NCBI GenBank assembly: GCA_965662895.1
Contig: CBFIJH010000009.1
Coordinates: 20,496 to 84,495, forward strand
Direction: 5' to 3'
DNA from: Candidatus Poseidoniaceae archaeon
Lineage (GTDB): Archaea; Thermoplasmatota; Poseidoniia; Poseidoniales; Poseidoniaceae
Length of the DNA: 64,000 nucleotides
Below the pieces are notes generated by a model. The model was given only the letters and a program-made list of their open reading frames with translations. It was not told where the DNA came from and ran no database searches. Of the stretch, positions 55,681 through 64,000 are shown piece after piece. The number at the start of each line of letters is the position of its first letter. The first letter of the stretch is position 1. Made by a program: the position numbers and the translations under genes.

Positions 55681-58600
55681 TCAAACGATCTTGTTGTACT
55701 CAAGGCCTTGGTAGGTCTTGATAACCGAACCTTCCCCAGGACCTGGTTGGTAGGTAATACGAATGGTCGCATCCGTAAGCGCTTGTCCATCGGGTGCATG
55801 AGTTCGGACGAAGATTTGGTCACCGATTCCGAAGGTTGATTCCTTGAAGGTTCCTTCGTCTTCGACCTTGTCAACAAATGTCACAAATGCGTCGCTGTTC
55901 GTGGTGTCGAATCCGTAGACGTTGCTCGTGTTTGAGAGCAAGGTTGCATAGGATGTTCGAACCCCATCACTGTCCGTGTAAAGCACGGTTACAGTTACAG
56001 CTGCAGTTGCAAGTTCAGCTTCGGTTTGATCAACTGTGATTGCCCAGTATCCATCAACGGTACCGAGTTCCTTGTTGTCAATGTCAAACGTGACTCGAGG
56101 AACACCGAGTTTACCTGTTTCTGCGAGAGAAGAGGCCCAGACATAGATGACACCGGAAAGGACGACGGTGATCGCAACCATTAGGATGGTTGCAATGACC
56201 GGGCTAACAGCCATTTCGTCCTCGACGATGCGTCGAGTCTCTTCTTCTTCGCCTTCTTCTTCTTCACGGCGGCTTGCCATTGCAAGTGCTGTGACAAAGA
56301 AGCCAGCGAGTGCTACGACAACGAGGCTTGGTGCGAACGATGGTACAGATGCAACGCCGCCACCTAGGGTGACAACGGATGGCAGTACGTCGTTGCTGCT
56401 GAGGAAGTCCTCTGAAGGCTTGTTGACGTGGTTACAGGTTGTTGGGATTCCAGCGTCACTCGCAATTGCGGTTGAATTCGAGAACATGACGTTGTTACAC
56501 CAGTTGCTATCTTGGAGCAATGGACGACGTTGCGATTCTGTCAATCCATCATCACCGTATGCTCCAGGCTTTGACCATTGGTCACCAGCGACTCCACCTG
56601 CGTAGTTCACATGTGAAGCTGGGCTGTCGGTCTGGAAGCGGTCAGCAGGTGCCTTCTGTAGGTCGCACTCGTTTTGTTCCAGTGTAACTGGATCGAGGCG
56701 TGTATCCAAACAGGTCAAGACGTCAACTTCGACCCAAATGTATGGCGTTGCACCATTTGGTTGGTCGACGATGTATACGTACTCGCTTACGGTCGTGGTT
56801 TCTCCCCATGTAGGAGGTGCAATGTAGCGCACGTTCTCTGCTTCACCGTGACCTCCACTTGTGTGGAAGGTGACAGCAAGCATGTGATCGTACGTGTACG
56901 GTCCTTGGTCTCCACCGGCACCGATGTCGACTTCAACAGGCACATATGTTCCTGTCAAGACATTGTTGATGCCTTGGAAGTCAAATCCAGTTACCTCGTC
57001 GAGGTAGTAGTCAGCTACGAGCTCTCGAACGTTCATGACACGAATACCAAGTTCTTGTGTCGCAACACCTTGTTGGTAGTTCGCAATTGGCATGATTGCT
57101 GGGTCGTAGTTTGGCTTGTCGGCAGGTGCGTTTGGTGTATCCTTGAGGACAAGACGGATTTGACAGAAGTCCGATCCACTTGGACCAATCTGGTGGATAC
57201 CGTTGTCGTTCAGGTAGTCAATCTCCCAAGCGTTTGCGGTTGTTGTTGCATCTGGAACCAGCGTGAACTCGAGTTTGTCGCCAACGATGTTGACGCTGAA
57301 GTAGTTCTCGTATGTACACTGGTTGGTCGACTCAACAGTCCATTGCAATTCAGACATTGCGTGGTCGATGTCGTACTTGATTGCAGACAAATCGTACGTA
57401 AGGTTGTCCTTGTTCAAATCGTCTTCCATGAGCGTAATCGACCACGGAGCAACTGGAGTTGAACCGTTGTCCGCAGTAACGACTGCGCCAGTCGTAACAT
57501 CCCAGTCGAGGACGACTGGAGCGTCGTTAACTGGGCTGACTGAGAAGTCAACTGTCACTGGATCGGCATCTTGGTTTTCAGCACCATCGTCAGCGAGGGT
57601 CAGTGTGATTTCACACGTACCACCAAATTCGTTGAGTGTGTTCTCCAAGATGGTCAATACGTTGTTTGTAACCGATACGCCGAATGCATCACAATCGTTT
57701 GGAACCGATGCGTCCCACGTGTACACTTGCGGTACTGGGAAGTTCTCGTTGTCCATGTCACGGATGTAGGACTTCGTAGCGTTGGCTGAGCCGCCAAGGA
57801 ACTGCGAAATACTACCGAATCCTTCAGGAACGATGTTGGTGTTACCGAGATCTTCTGAGAAGACTGGCATACAATCTCCTTCAGAGAGTAGTCGTTCTTG
57901 GTTACAGATGACTGGCTTGTCATTGACGTTTTCAACCGTGAACGTGATGTTCTTGGTGTCGGTCAATCCGTGCTTGTCGGTAACAACAAACTCGATTTCA
58001 ACAGTACCGAATTGGTCAGCGAGCGGCAAGATGGACACGGTTGGCCCACTGTGACTCATGTCAACCAAGACGTTGTTGTGAGCAACGGTTGTTCCTTCGA
58101 CAACGGTCCAAGACAAGGTTGAGTCGTCTTGTTGTTTGTCATCAGCAAGATCCGACAAGTCAATTGTGTAGACAGAGCTGTCTTCATCGACGGTGTCATC
58201 AGCAAGGGCTGCTTGGATTTCAGGACAAGCACGCTTGATATCAACGGTGAGTTCCTGCTTGGTAAGCATCGAAACATCGTCGACGTTGTGCCAGTCGTAT
58301 TCACAATCCGCCTTGGTCTTGAGCATGACATCGTATTCCTTGATTGTTCCAGGTGTTGTGGTACCCTTGTACGTGTGGTAGACCAAGATTTCATCGCTGA
58401 TCGAACCTGTGTCAAGGTCACCGTGTGTTGTTTCAACAGCGATGTACTCGCTGAGTGTTTGAACACCAGTTGTTACACTTTGTGTTGGGTGAACGGTTTG
58501 GATGTCCGCATTGCTATCCTGAACGATTGCAACAATGTTCACTTCACTCGGTGTACCACCAATTCGGCTGAATGGGATAGCGATTTCAAAGAAGTCGCCA

Positions 58601-61600
58601 TCCATATCAGCATTGACTGGATCAGTGGACAACGAACTTGCACCCCATCCGAGGAAGGAGTTCGCAAACAAGTCCATGTTGGAGTCACTTGTAGCCCAGA
58701 AGAGGTAATCCGCTTGCACTGGCAGTGTGTGAGCTCCGTTGAGGTTGTATCCTGTGTTTGAACCACCAGTAACAACATCGAGGTAAATCAAGAGGTCGTT
58801 GTTGGTAAGGTCTTCTCCGGTCATACCGATGTAAAGTGCGTCTCCTTCTGTGTAGGTCACGTAGAAGTCGTTCGTACCATCACCGGACACATTTCCAGGC
58901 TTCACGTCATCGGATGGGTTGAGTGGAGTGTATCCAAACCAATCCGAGTCGTTACCGTCCACTGTCATGACATCAGGCTGGAAGGCTGGCGATACGTAAG
59001 CAGAACGTGTACCATCGGTTGAGATCAACGTGAGACCAACATCCGTTGCAGGTCCCGTGATATGTGTAGCGTCAAGACTGAACAAGTTCGCTTCATCAAT
59101 GGTTGCGCTTGGATCGATGGTAATCTTCGAGGAATCGAGTACTTGACCGATGCTCGTGATGTAACTGTTCGAACCAGCGTTGATTTGCGTAGTCGATGCA
59201 GACCAAGTCAAGTTCTCTACGGAACCTACGGATTCAACTGCGTGAATTGCAGTTGTTGCTGTTGAGGTACCGCCGTCCCATCGGAACTCAGTGTTTTCAG
59301 CATAGATTCCGACGTCTCCAGCAACATCAAGTGGATAAATCCACGAGTAATCACCGTCAATCATGTACAGTCCTGTACCCGTAGCACCTCCGTCAACGGA
59401 AGCGTCGATGGCAGTAACTGTAGCACTGTCTGCGTAAACAGCTGCTTCGCTTCCTGTAATGTCAGCGCCGCCCAAGAGGAGCAGGCTCGTAAGCTCGAGG
59501 TCAACACCACGGTCATATCCGGAGATTGTCGTGCCATCAAGGGTGATACTGTCACCAACTGTTTTTGAAACAATACCTGCACTAGAGAGGGCGTCGTTAC
59601 CAATGATTTGGGATCCAACATCCATCAGATCACAATCATCCACTGAGACCGCATTATCACCAATCGAAACAACGTTGTCTTTGCTTTGGATCGAAACGCG
59701 GTTACAGTCCTCGAACGAGAAACCAATAGCGTTTAACGCAAGTCGGCCCGATGAGAGGCTTATGCTGTTGTTCTCGATGACTGGACCAGCGTAGGAACTG
59801 GATTGGCCTTGTGCGATGACTTCAATGTCTGCTCCACCATCGCTTGCGCGATCAGTCACTGTTAGCGTATACTGGCCAGGGGCGGTGTATGTTCGCAGTG
59901 GCAGATAGATTCTATTACTCCAGAACGAGCTCCATGAATCGGTCGTTCCATCAGGCTTGAGGATTGTGAGACCAATTTCATATCCATATCGGTCAGTTGT
60001 AAGTTCAACTGCAGCATCTCCGCCTTGTTGTATTGTAAACGTACAGGTTGAGCTTGTGGTGTAGGACGTACTTGCAATCTTACATAGCGTGTTCTTCGGA
60101 CCTGGCTTTTCAACGGCATCGGAAATGAGGATTCCGCCATCAACATCCACAAGGGTGTTGTTGGAAATTTCACCGTATCCGCCGTCCATCTCAATACCTG
60201 CATTCGCTGAGTCTCCACTTCCAGTGAGGTCGTTGTGCGACACAACGCTGTCACCAACGTCACCTAGGAAAATCGGTGTTTTAGGACCGTCAAACGTGTT
60301 GCCAGTTATTGTAGTACCTGTGTTCGTTATGGTTCCAGAATTCGCAAATCGGACACCGATGTTGGAGGTTGAACTAACGAAGTTGTTGTCCTTGATCAAC
60401 ATGTTGTCTGTGTATCCAACTCCGCGAACCCAGATGTCATAAGACTCTCCGCCATCTTCGAAAGTATTGTTTTCGATGGTAAAGTTGTCAGCACCATATG
60501 TAGCTTGGTTGTGACCAGACCAGTAGTTACTGCGGGTCGCCCAAACACCAATCGGACAATCCAAGAAGGTACTATCCTTGATGTACGAGCCATCCGAACC
60601 AAACATCTTCACACACATGTTGTTGCCATCGTAAGAAACAGCAGTCGAAGGCCTTGAACCTGCCTCTTGTCCTTTGTAGTGTGTTATCGTTGTATTTTCA
60701 ATTCGAAGGAAATCGGATGTGTAATCACGGGACGTATACCAATAATAATTTGAACTCATACCCGATGAAATCGAGGAAGCAGGGTTAATCACTGCATCCT
60801 TAATTGAGATCTCCATCGCTTGACTGTAATATCCAAGGGTTAAACCAACTTGTATTTCCTCTTCAGCATTGTACGAAAGACCGTATACTTCGGTGTTGTG
60901 CATGTAGATTTCCGGCGAGGACGAACCAGTACGGGCGTACCACCGTTGTGTATCATCACGGTCAAGGTAGTAGCTTTGCTGGCTGTACTTTCCAGTCATC
61001 AGGATGACTGAATTGTTGAAGTTATGGACTGTACTTGCGTCAAGGTAGAAATATCCAAAGTCGGTCATGATCGTCTTTCCTGACATGTCCCAAACTCCGT
61101 TCACTTTGTCGTTTGCACTCAATCCGTACTCGATGATTGTACCACCGTTACCGTTGCTCATGGTACGATATGAATTGGGGCTCAGGTAGTTGCTTCCAGA
61201 GCAACGAGCCATGACATCGTAACTTGAACTCGTGTAGGTGTAGCAAATTCGAGCATCAACGTTGTCAGTTAGCGTAACTGCAGCTGTATTTCCGTTGTTA
61301 TCTGACAGCGTAACTGATTCAAACGCATATCGGAAGTCAGCAACTGTCGAGGAATATTCTATTTCCGCGATGGTTGAGATTTGGTATCCAGCGAGATTAT
61401 CTGTTGTCAATCCAGTAGAATCAACACGGATCGTTCGGTAGTTCAAACCTTGAGCGACACCAGTCGAATCCGTTACGCCCGAACCTGTCACCTGCTTGTC
61501 AGCATTCATGAGCAGCACTGTTGCATCCTCAACGACTGTTGAATCGGCGTCGAGGGTTAGTTCTAGGGATCGCTTTCGGTCAAATCCACCATCGCCAGTT

Positions 61601-64000
61601 ACGTTGACTTTTGTCGAGTCGATGCTACCGCCGATGAAGTCGACTTCACTGGTTCCAGTAATTTTGAAGTTGTCATCGGTATTGGCGAACGTCGAATCGG
61701 TGACGGTAATGTCACCAGAACCTGCAGTTTCGATACCAATGCTGTTTCCAGAGAGTGTCATTCCATCGAAGGAAAGGTCTTCCCGGGTATTTGGACCATA
61801 CTTGTAAGCGGCACCAGCGCTGTTTGTGATGGAACCGCTGTGGTCTCCTTGGAAGTCCGTCAAGTAATAGATACCTGCCTTGCCTTGGTTGTCGAGATCG
61901 AGGTTCGTAGCATCCATTTCTCCACGAGCGAAGGAGGAGAAGTAGATACCGTAGTCTCCACCGTTTACTTCAGTATCGTTCACGGATGAGCCGCCGACGG
62001 ATCCATCGATTTCAATACCTGCGAATACAGGAGAATTGATGGTCACATCATCGATGTTTGCAGCTGCAGCACTACCACCAAGAACAATTCCGGTGTCCGC
62101 TCCAGAGATGGTACCATCTTCGAATTTAGCGACGCCGCTTTCACGGTTGTATGTGCCAAGGTCACTTGGGTCGTTTCCTGAGCGAGCAACGATTTCGAAT
62201 CGGTCTTGGTAGTTGTCCGCACGATTGTGGAGAACGTCGACATACATCGTAACTCCGGTAATCGTCGGTGATGAAATGTCAACGATCGGGAAGGTCATTC
62301 GAGCACCTACGCCGGTTGGTGTTGGGCTCCACCATGAATTTGATGCAGAATCTGCACAGACGTTGTAGTAGCCTCGGTATCCGTTCAATCCTTCTGGAGG
62401 TTCATAGACTCCTGAGAAACCATACCACCATGACGCTGTGCTGTACATACTCCAGTAGTGGTACGGTTGTGTGCTGTATCCACTTGGGGTGTAAGTCTCG
62501 TCAATCTCAGTCCATCGGAATCCGAACTCACTCGGATAGTACCGAGAACTGATGTAACCGGGATAACTCTGAGGGCCTTCAGGCCAGTACTGGTAGATGT
62601 TTGAGAATGAACCGTCGTAACCTCCTGTATATGCCGGGCCGTAAGAGGTGCCGTAGTAGTTGCAGTGCCAAGAAGCAACACCACCCTCACCACCGGAGTA
62701 CGAAGCGACTCCGTTTTGGCCGCTAGCGGGATCGTCGTTACCGTATGGATAATATCCCAACTTGTCGGAAGAACTGACGTTTTCTGAAACTTCTCCAGTA
62801 CCATCGTCATACGTAATCTCAATGTTCCAACGGTCGGACATCATGTAATAGTTGGTGTAATACTGTGTACGTGGGTGAGCATTTCCGCCACCATAAATCG
62901 AGTTTGCACCAACCTGTAGATAATCTGAACCGAGGAAGTTCGTCATATCGATCTCATAGGTCTTCCATCCTCGGCTTTCACCGGAGAGCGATGTTGATCG
63001 ATAGATAATCGGCAAACTCAATCCGCCCTCAACGTCCACTCCGACGTCACTTCCAGTCGATGTAAATCCGTTGATTTGAGGTGCAGCGTTCATGGATTTT
63101 ATTCCAACAGCTGCATTCGAAACTGCGATGTTGTTCAATGTATTTCCACTACCTTCAATCCACAACGCAGTACCGGTCTGACCGGTGTTGATGATGCTTC
63201 CCGTGTCAACTGAAATTGTACCACGGTCAACTTTGACCGTGGCCATATCGTCCGAAAGGGTTGAGGATCCGTAAATGGTTCCCGAATCGCTTAGAATCAA
63301 CGTAGCATCTGCTCCAATGAAGAGTGCAGCGCCAGTGGTTGCGTCTTGAGCGATGTCGCGCACAACTCCACCATCAACTTCAAGCGTACCGTCTTGGATA
63401 TCAAGCGACAATGGGTAACTAGGTGAGATAGCACCCAGAGCACCTGGGCTTGTCGGGTTCTTTCCAACAAGGAGTTTTCCACCGTTTGAAATTGTAATGA
63501 CAGGAGAGTTCGTTGCTGTTGACTTTACCTTAATCTCTGCACCAAGAAGTCGAATTTCGCATCCATCAAGCGTCAAATCTTCAGAGACTGTGATCGGCGT
63601 TCCATCGAATTCAAAGATGGTTTCACCAGCTGCAGTTTGTCCGTTAGTTGGCAGTGGTAGTCCATCAGAATCCGTGTAGGCTTCCAACCATGCACAATCC
63701 ATGTTCGTTCCATTGAAATCCTTTGGAGCCGGCTTGAGTTCCAAAGCATACGATGTACCAATTGTAAATCCACTGCTCAAATCGCTGATGTACCACGTAT
63801 CGGTGGAGAGCGTTTCGTTTTGTCCAGCTGGTCCAAATGCTCGGAGGTTGTGATCCGAGTACGATGTTCCACTGCTGTCTTCCGTGATGACCCAAACATC
63901 TGCCTTACCGTCGGCGTCCGTAATGTGAGAACCAACCTCGAAAAGCTCGCTGTTCGAGCCATCGACGAGGCTTGTTGTCACAGTGTGGCCACTCTTGTTA
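55681..64000 (-). CDS. Giant surface protein (partial, >2,770 aa): parallel beta-helix repeats, DOMON/CBM9-like domain, cadherin-like repeats, PGF-CTERM-like TM, and C-terminal archaeal type IV pilin domain
   Basis: Frame stays open to the window edge; I-x-N-N-x-F beta-helix repeats; VDGNDSDW...EIAIPFSRIG; VENVNDKP/VSPVNDAP; VPSF+TM+RR; EMA|VSPVIATILMVAITVVLSGVIYVW. Confidence 0.88.
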   Translation of the reverse strand, partial: NKSGHTVTTSLVDGSNSELFEVGSHITDADGKADVWVITEDSSGTSYSDHNLRAFGPAGQNETLSTDTWYISDLSSGFTIGTSYALELKPAPKDFNGTNMDCAWLEAYTDSDGLPLPTNGQTAAGETIFEFDGTPITVSEDLTLDGCEIRLLGAEIKVKSTATNSPVITISNGGKLLVGKNPTSPGALGAISPSYPLSLDIQDGTLEVDGGVVRDIAQDATTGAALFIGADATLILSDSGTIYGSSTLSDDMATVKVDRGTISVDTGSIINTGQTGTALWIEGSGNTLNNIAVSNAAVGIKSMNAAPQINGFTSTGSDVGVDVEGGLSLPIIYRSTSLSGESRGWKTYEIDMTNFLGSDYLQVGANSIYGGGNAHPRTQYYTNYYMMSDRWNIEITYDDGTGEVSENVSSSDKLGYYPYGNDDPASGQNGVASYSGGEGGVASWHCNYYGTSYGPAYTGGYDGSFSNIYQYWPEGPQSYPGYISSRYYPSEFGFRWTEIDETYTPSGYSTQPYHYWSMYSTASWWYGFSGVYEPPEGLNGYRGYYNVCADSASNSWWSPTPTGVGARMTFPIVDISSPTITGVTMYVDVLHNRADNYQDRFEIVARSGNDPSDLGTYNRESGVAKFEDGTISGADTGIVLGGSAAAANIDDVTINSPVFAGIEIDGSVGGSSVNDTEVNGGDYGIYFSSFARGEMDATNLDLDNQGKAGIYYLTDFQGDHSGSITNSAGAAYKYGPNTREDLSFDGMTLSGNSIGIETAGSGDITVTDSTFANTDDNFKITGTSEVDFIGGSIDSTKVNVTGDGGFDRKRSLELTLDADSTVVEDATVLLMNADKQVTGSGVTDSTGVAQGLNYRTIRVDSTGLTTDNLAGYQISTIAEIEYSSTVADFRYAFESVTLSDNNGNTAAVTLTDNVDARICYTYTSSSYDVMARCSGSNYLSPNSYRTMSNGNGGTIIEYGLSANDKVNGVWDMSGKTIMTDFGYFYLDASTVHNFNNSVILMTGKYSQQSYYLDRDDTQRWYARTGSSSPEIYMHNTEVYGLSYNAEEEIQVGLTLGYYSQAMEISIKDAVINPASSISSGMSSNYYWYTSRDYTSDFLRIENTTITHYKGQEAGSRPSTAVSYDGNNMCVKMFGSDGSYIKDSTFLDCPIGVWATRSNYWSGHNQATYGADNFTIENNTFEDGGESYDIWVRGVGYTDNMLIKDNNFVSSTSNIGVRFANSGTITNTGTTITGNTFDGPKTPIFLGDVGDSVVSHNDLTGSGDSANAGIEMDGGYGEISNNTLVDVDGGILISDAVEKPGPKNTLCKIASTSYTTSSTCTFTIQQGGDAAVELTTDRYGYEIGLTILKPDGTTDSWSSFWSNRIYLPLRTYTAPGQYTLTVTDRASDGGADIEVIAQGQSSSYAGPVIENNSISLSSGRLALNAIGFSFEDCNRVSIQSKDNVVSIGDNAVSVDDCDLMDVGSQIIGNDALSSAGIVSKTVGDSITLDGTTISGYDRGVDLELTSLLLLGGADITGSEAAVYADSATVTAIDASVDGGATGTGLYMIDGDYSWIYPLDVAGDVGIYAENTEFRWDGGTSTATTAIHAVESVGSVENLTWSASTTQINAGSNSYITSIGQVLDSSKITIDPSATIDEANLFSLDATHITGPATDVGLTLISTDGTRSAYVSPAFQPDVMTVDGNDSDWFGYTPLNPSDDVKPGNVSGDGTNDFYVTYTEGDALYIGMTGEDLTNNDLLIYLDVVTGGSNTGYNLNGAHTLPVQADYLFWATSDSNMDLFANSFLGWGASSLSTDPVNADMDGDFFEIAIPFSRIGGTPSEVNIVAIVQDSNADIQTVHPTQSVTTGVQTLSEYIAVETTHGDLDTGSISDEILVYHTYKGTTTPGTIKEYDVMLKTKADCEYDWHNVDDVSMLTKQELTVDIKRACPEIQAALADDTVDEDSSVYTIDLSDLADDKQQDDSTLSWTVVEGTTVAHNNVLVDMSHSGPTVSILPLADQFGTVEIEFVVTDKHGLTDTKNITFTVENVNDKPVICNQERLLSEGDCMPVFSEDLGNTNIVPEGFGSISQFLGGSANATKSYIRDMDNENFPVPQVYTWDASVPNDCDAFGVSVTNNVLTILENTLNEFGGTCEITLTLADDGAENQDADPVTVDFSVSPVNDAPVVLDWDVTTGAVVTADNGSTPVAPWSITLMEDDLNKDNLTYDLSAIKYDIDHAMSELQWTVESTNQCTYENYFSVNIVGDKLEFTLVPDATTTANAWEIDYLNDNGIHQIGPSGSDFCQIRLVLKDTPNAPADKPNYDPAIMPIANYQQGVATQELGIRVMNVRELVADYYLDEVTGFDFQGINNVLTGTYVPVEVDIGAGGDQGPYTYDHMLAVTFHTSGGHGEAENVRYIAPPTWGETTTVSEYVYIVDQPNGATPYIWVEVDVLTCLDTRLDPVTLEQNECDLQKAPADRFQTDSPASHVNYAGGVAGDQWSKPGAYGDDGLTESQRRPLLQDSNWCNNVMFSNSTAIASDAGIPTTCNHVNKPSEDFLSSNDVLPSVVTLGGGVASVPSFAPSLVVVALAGFFVTALAMASRREEEEGEEEETRRIVEDEMAVSPVIATILMVAITVVLSGVIYVWASSLAETGKLGVPRVTFDIDNKELGTVDGYWAITVDQTEAELATAAVTVTVLYTDSDGVRTSYATLLSNTSNVYGFDTTNSDAFVTFVDKVEDEGTFKESTFGIGDQIFVRTHAPDGQALTDATIRITYQPGPGEGSVIKTYQGLEYNKIV

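Overview
Gene-dense archaeal chromosomal segment; gene content (PolD DP1, GatD, pelota, RFC-S, TrmI, archaeal-type AspRS, BHB-intron tRNA, bacterial-like PanB/Fhs/flotillin, many giant membrane-anchored surface proteins) best fits Marine Group II (Ca. Poseidoniales, Thermoplasmatota) - an inference, not a search result. Housekeeping genes are interleaved with (i) a 2-aminophenol-type meta-cleavage cluster (AmnB, an AmnA-RidA fusion, AmnC-like ALDH) linked to a luciferase-like monooxygenase, a divergent class-3 asparaginase-fold amidohydrolase, an SDR, an HGGxW hydrolase and an APC permease; (ii) a co-oriented run of a 3,063-aa seven-DNRLRE-repeat surface protein, a stalk-only paralogue and a GH1-nucleotidyltransferase fusion, converging on DNase I + galactokinase; and (iii) six large surface proteins with distinct cytoplasmic tails. 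The most unusual item is the >2,770-aa beta-helix surface protein at the right edge, which ends in a PGF-CTERM-like anchor followed in frame by a complete archaeal type IV pilin with its own class III signal peptide. A >1,149-aa gene at the left edge is missing from the ORF track. Two tRNAs (Met-CAT with 55-nt intron, Val-TAC). No CRISPR array, rRNA or mobile element was seen. All family assignments come from motif recognition by eye.
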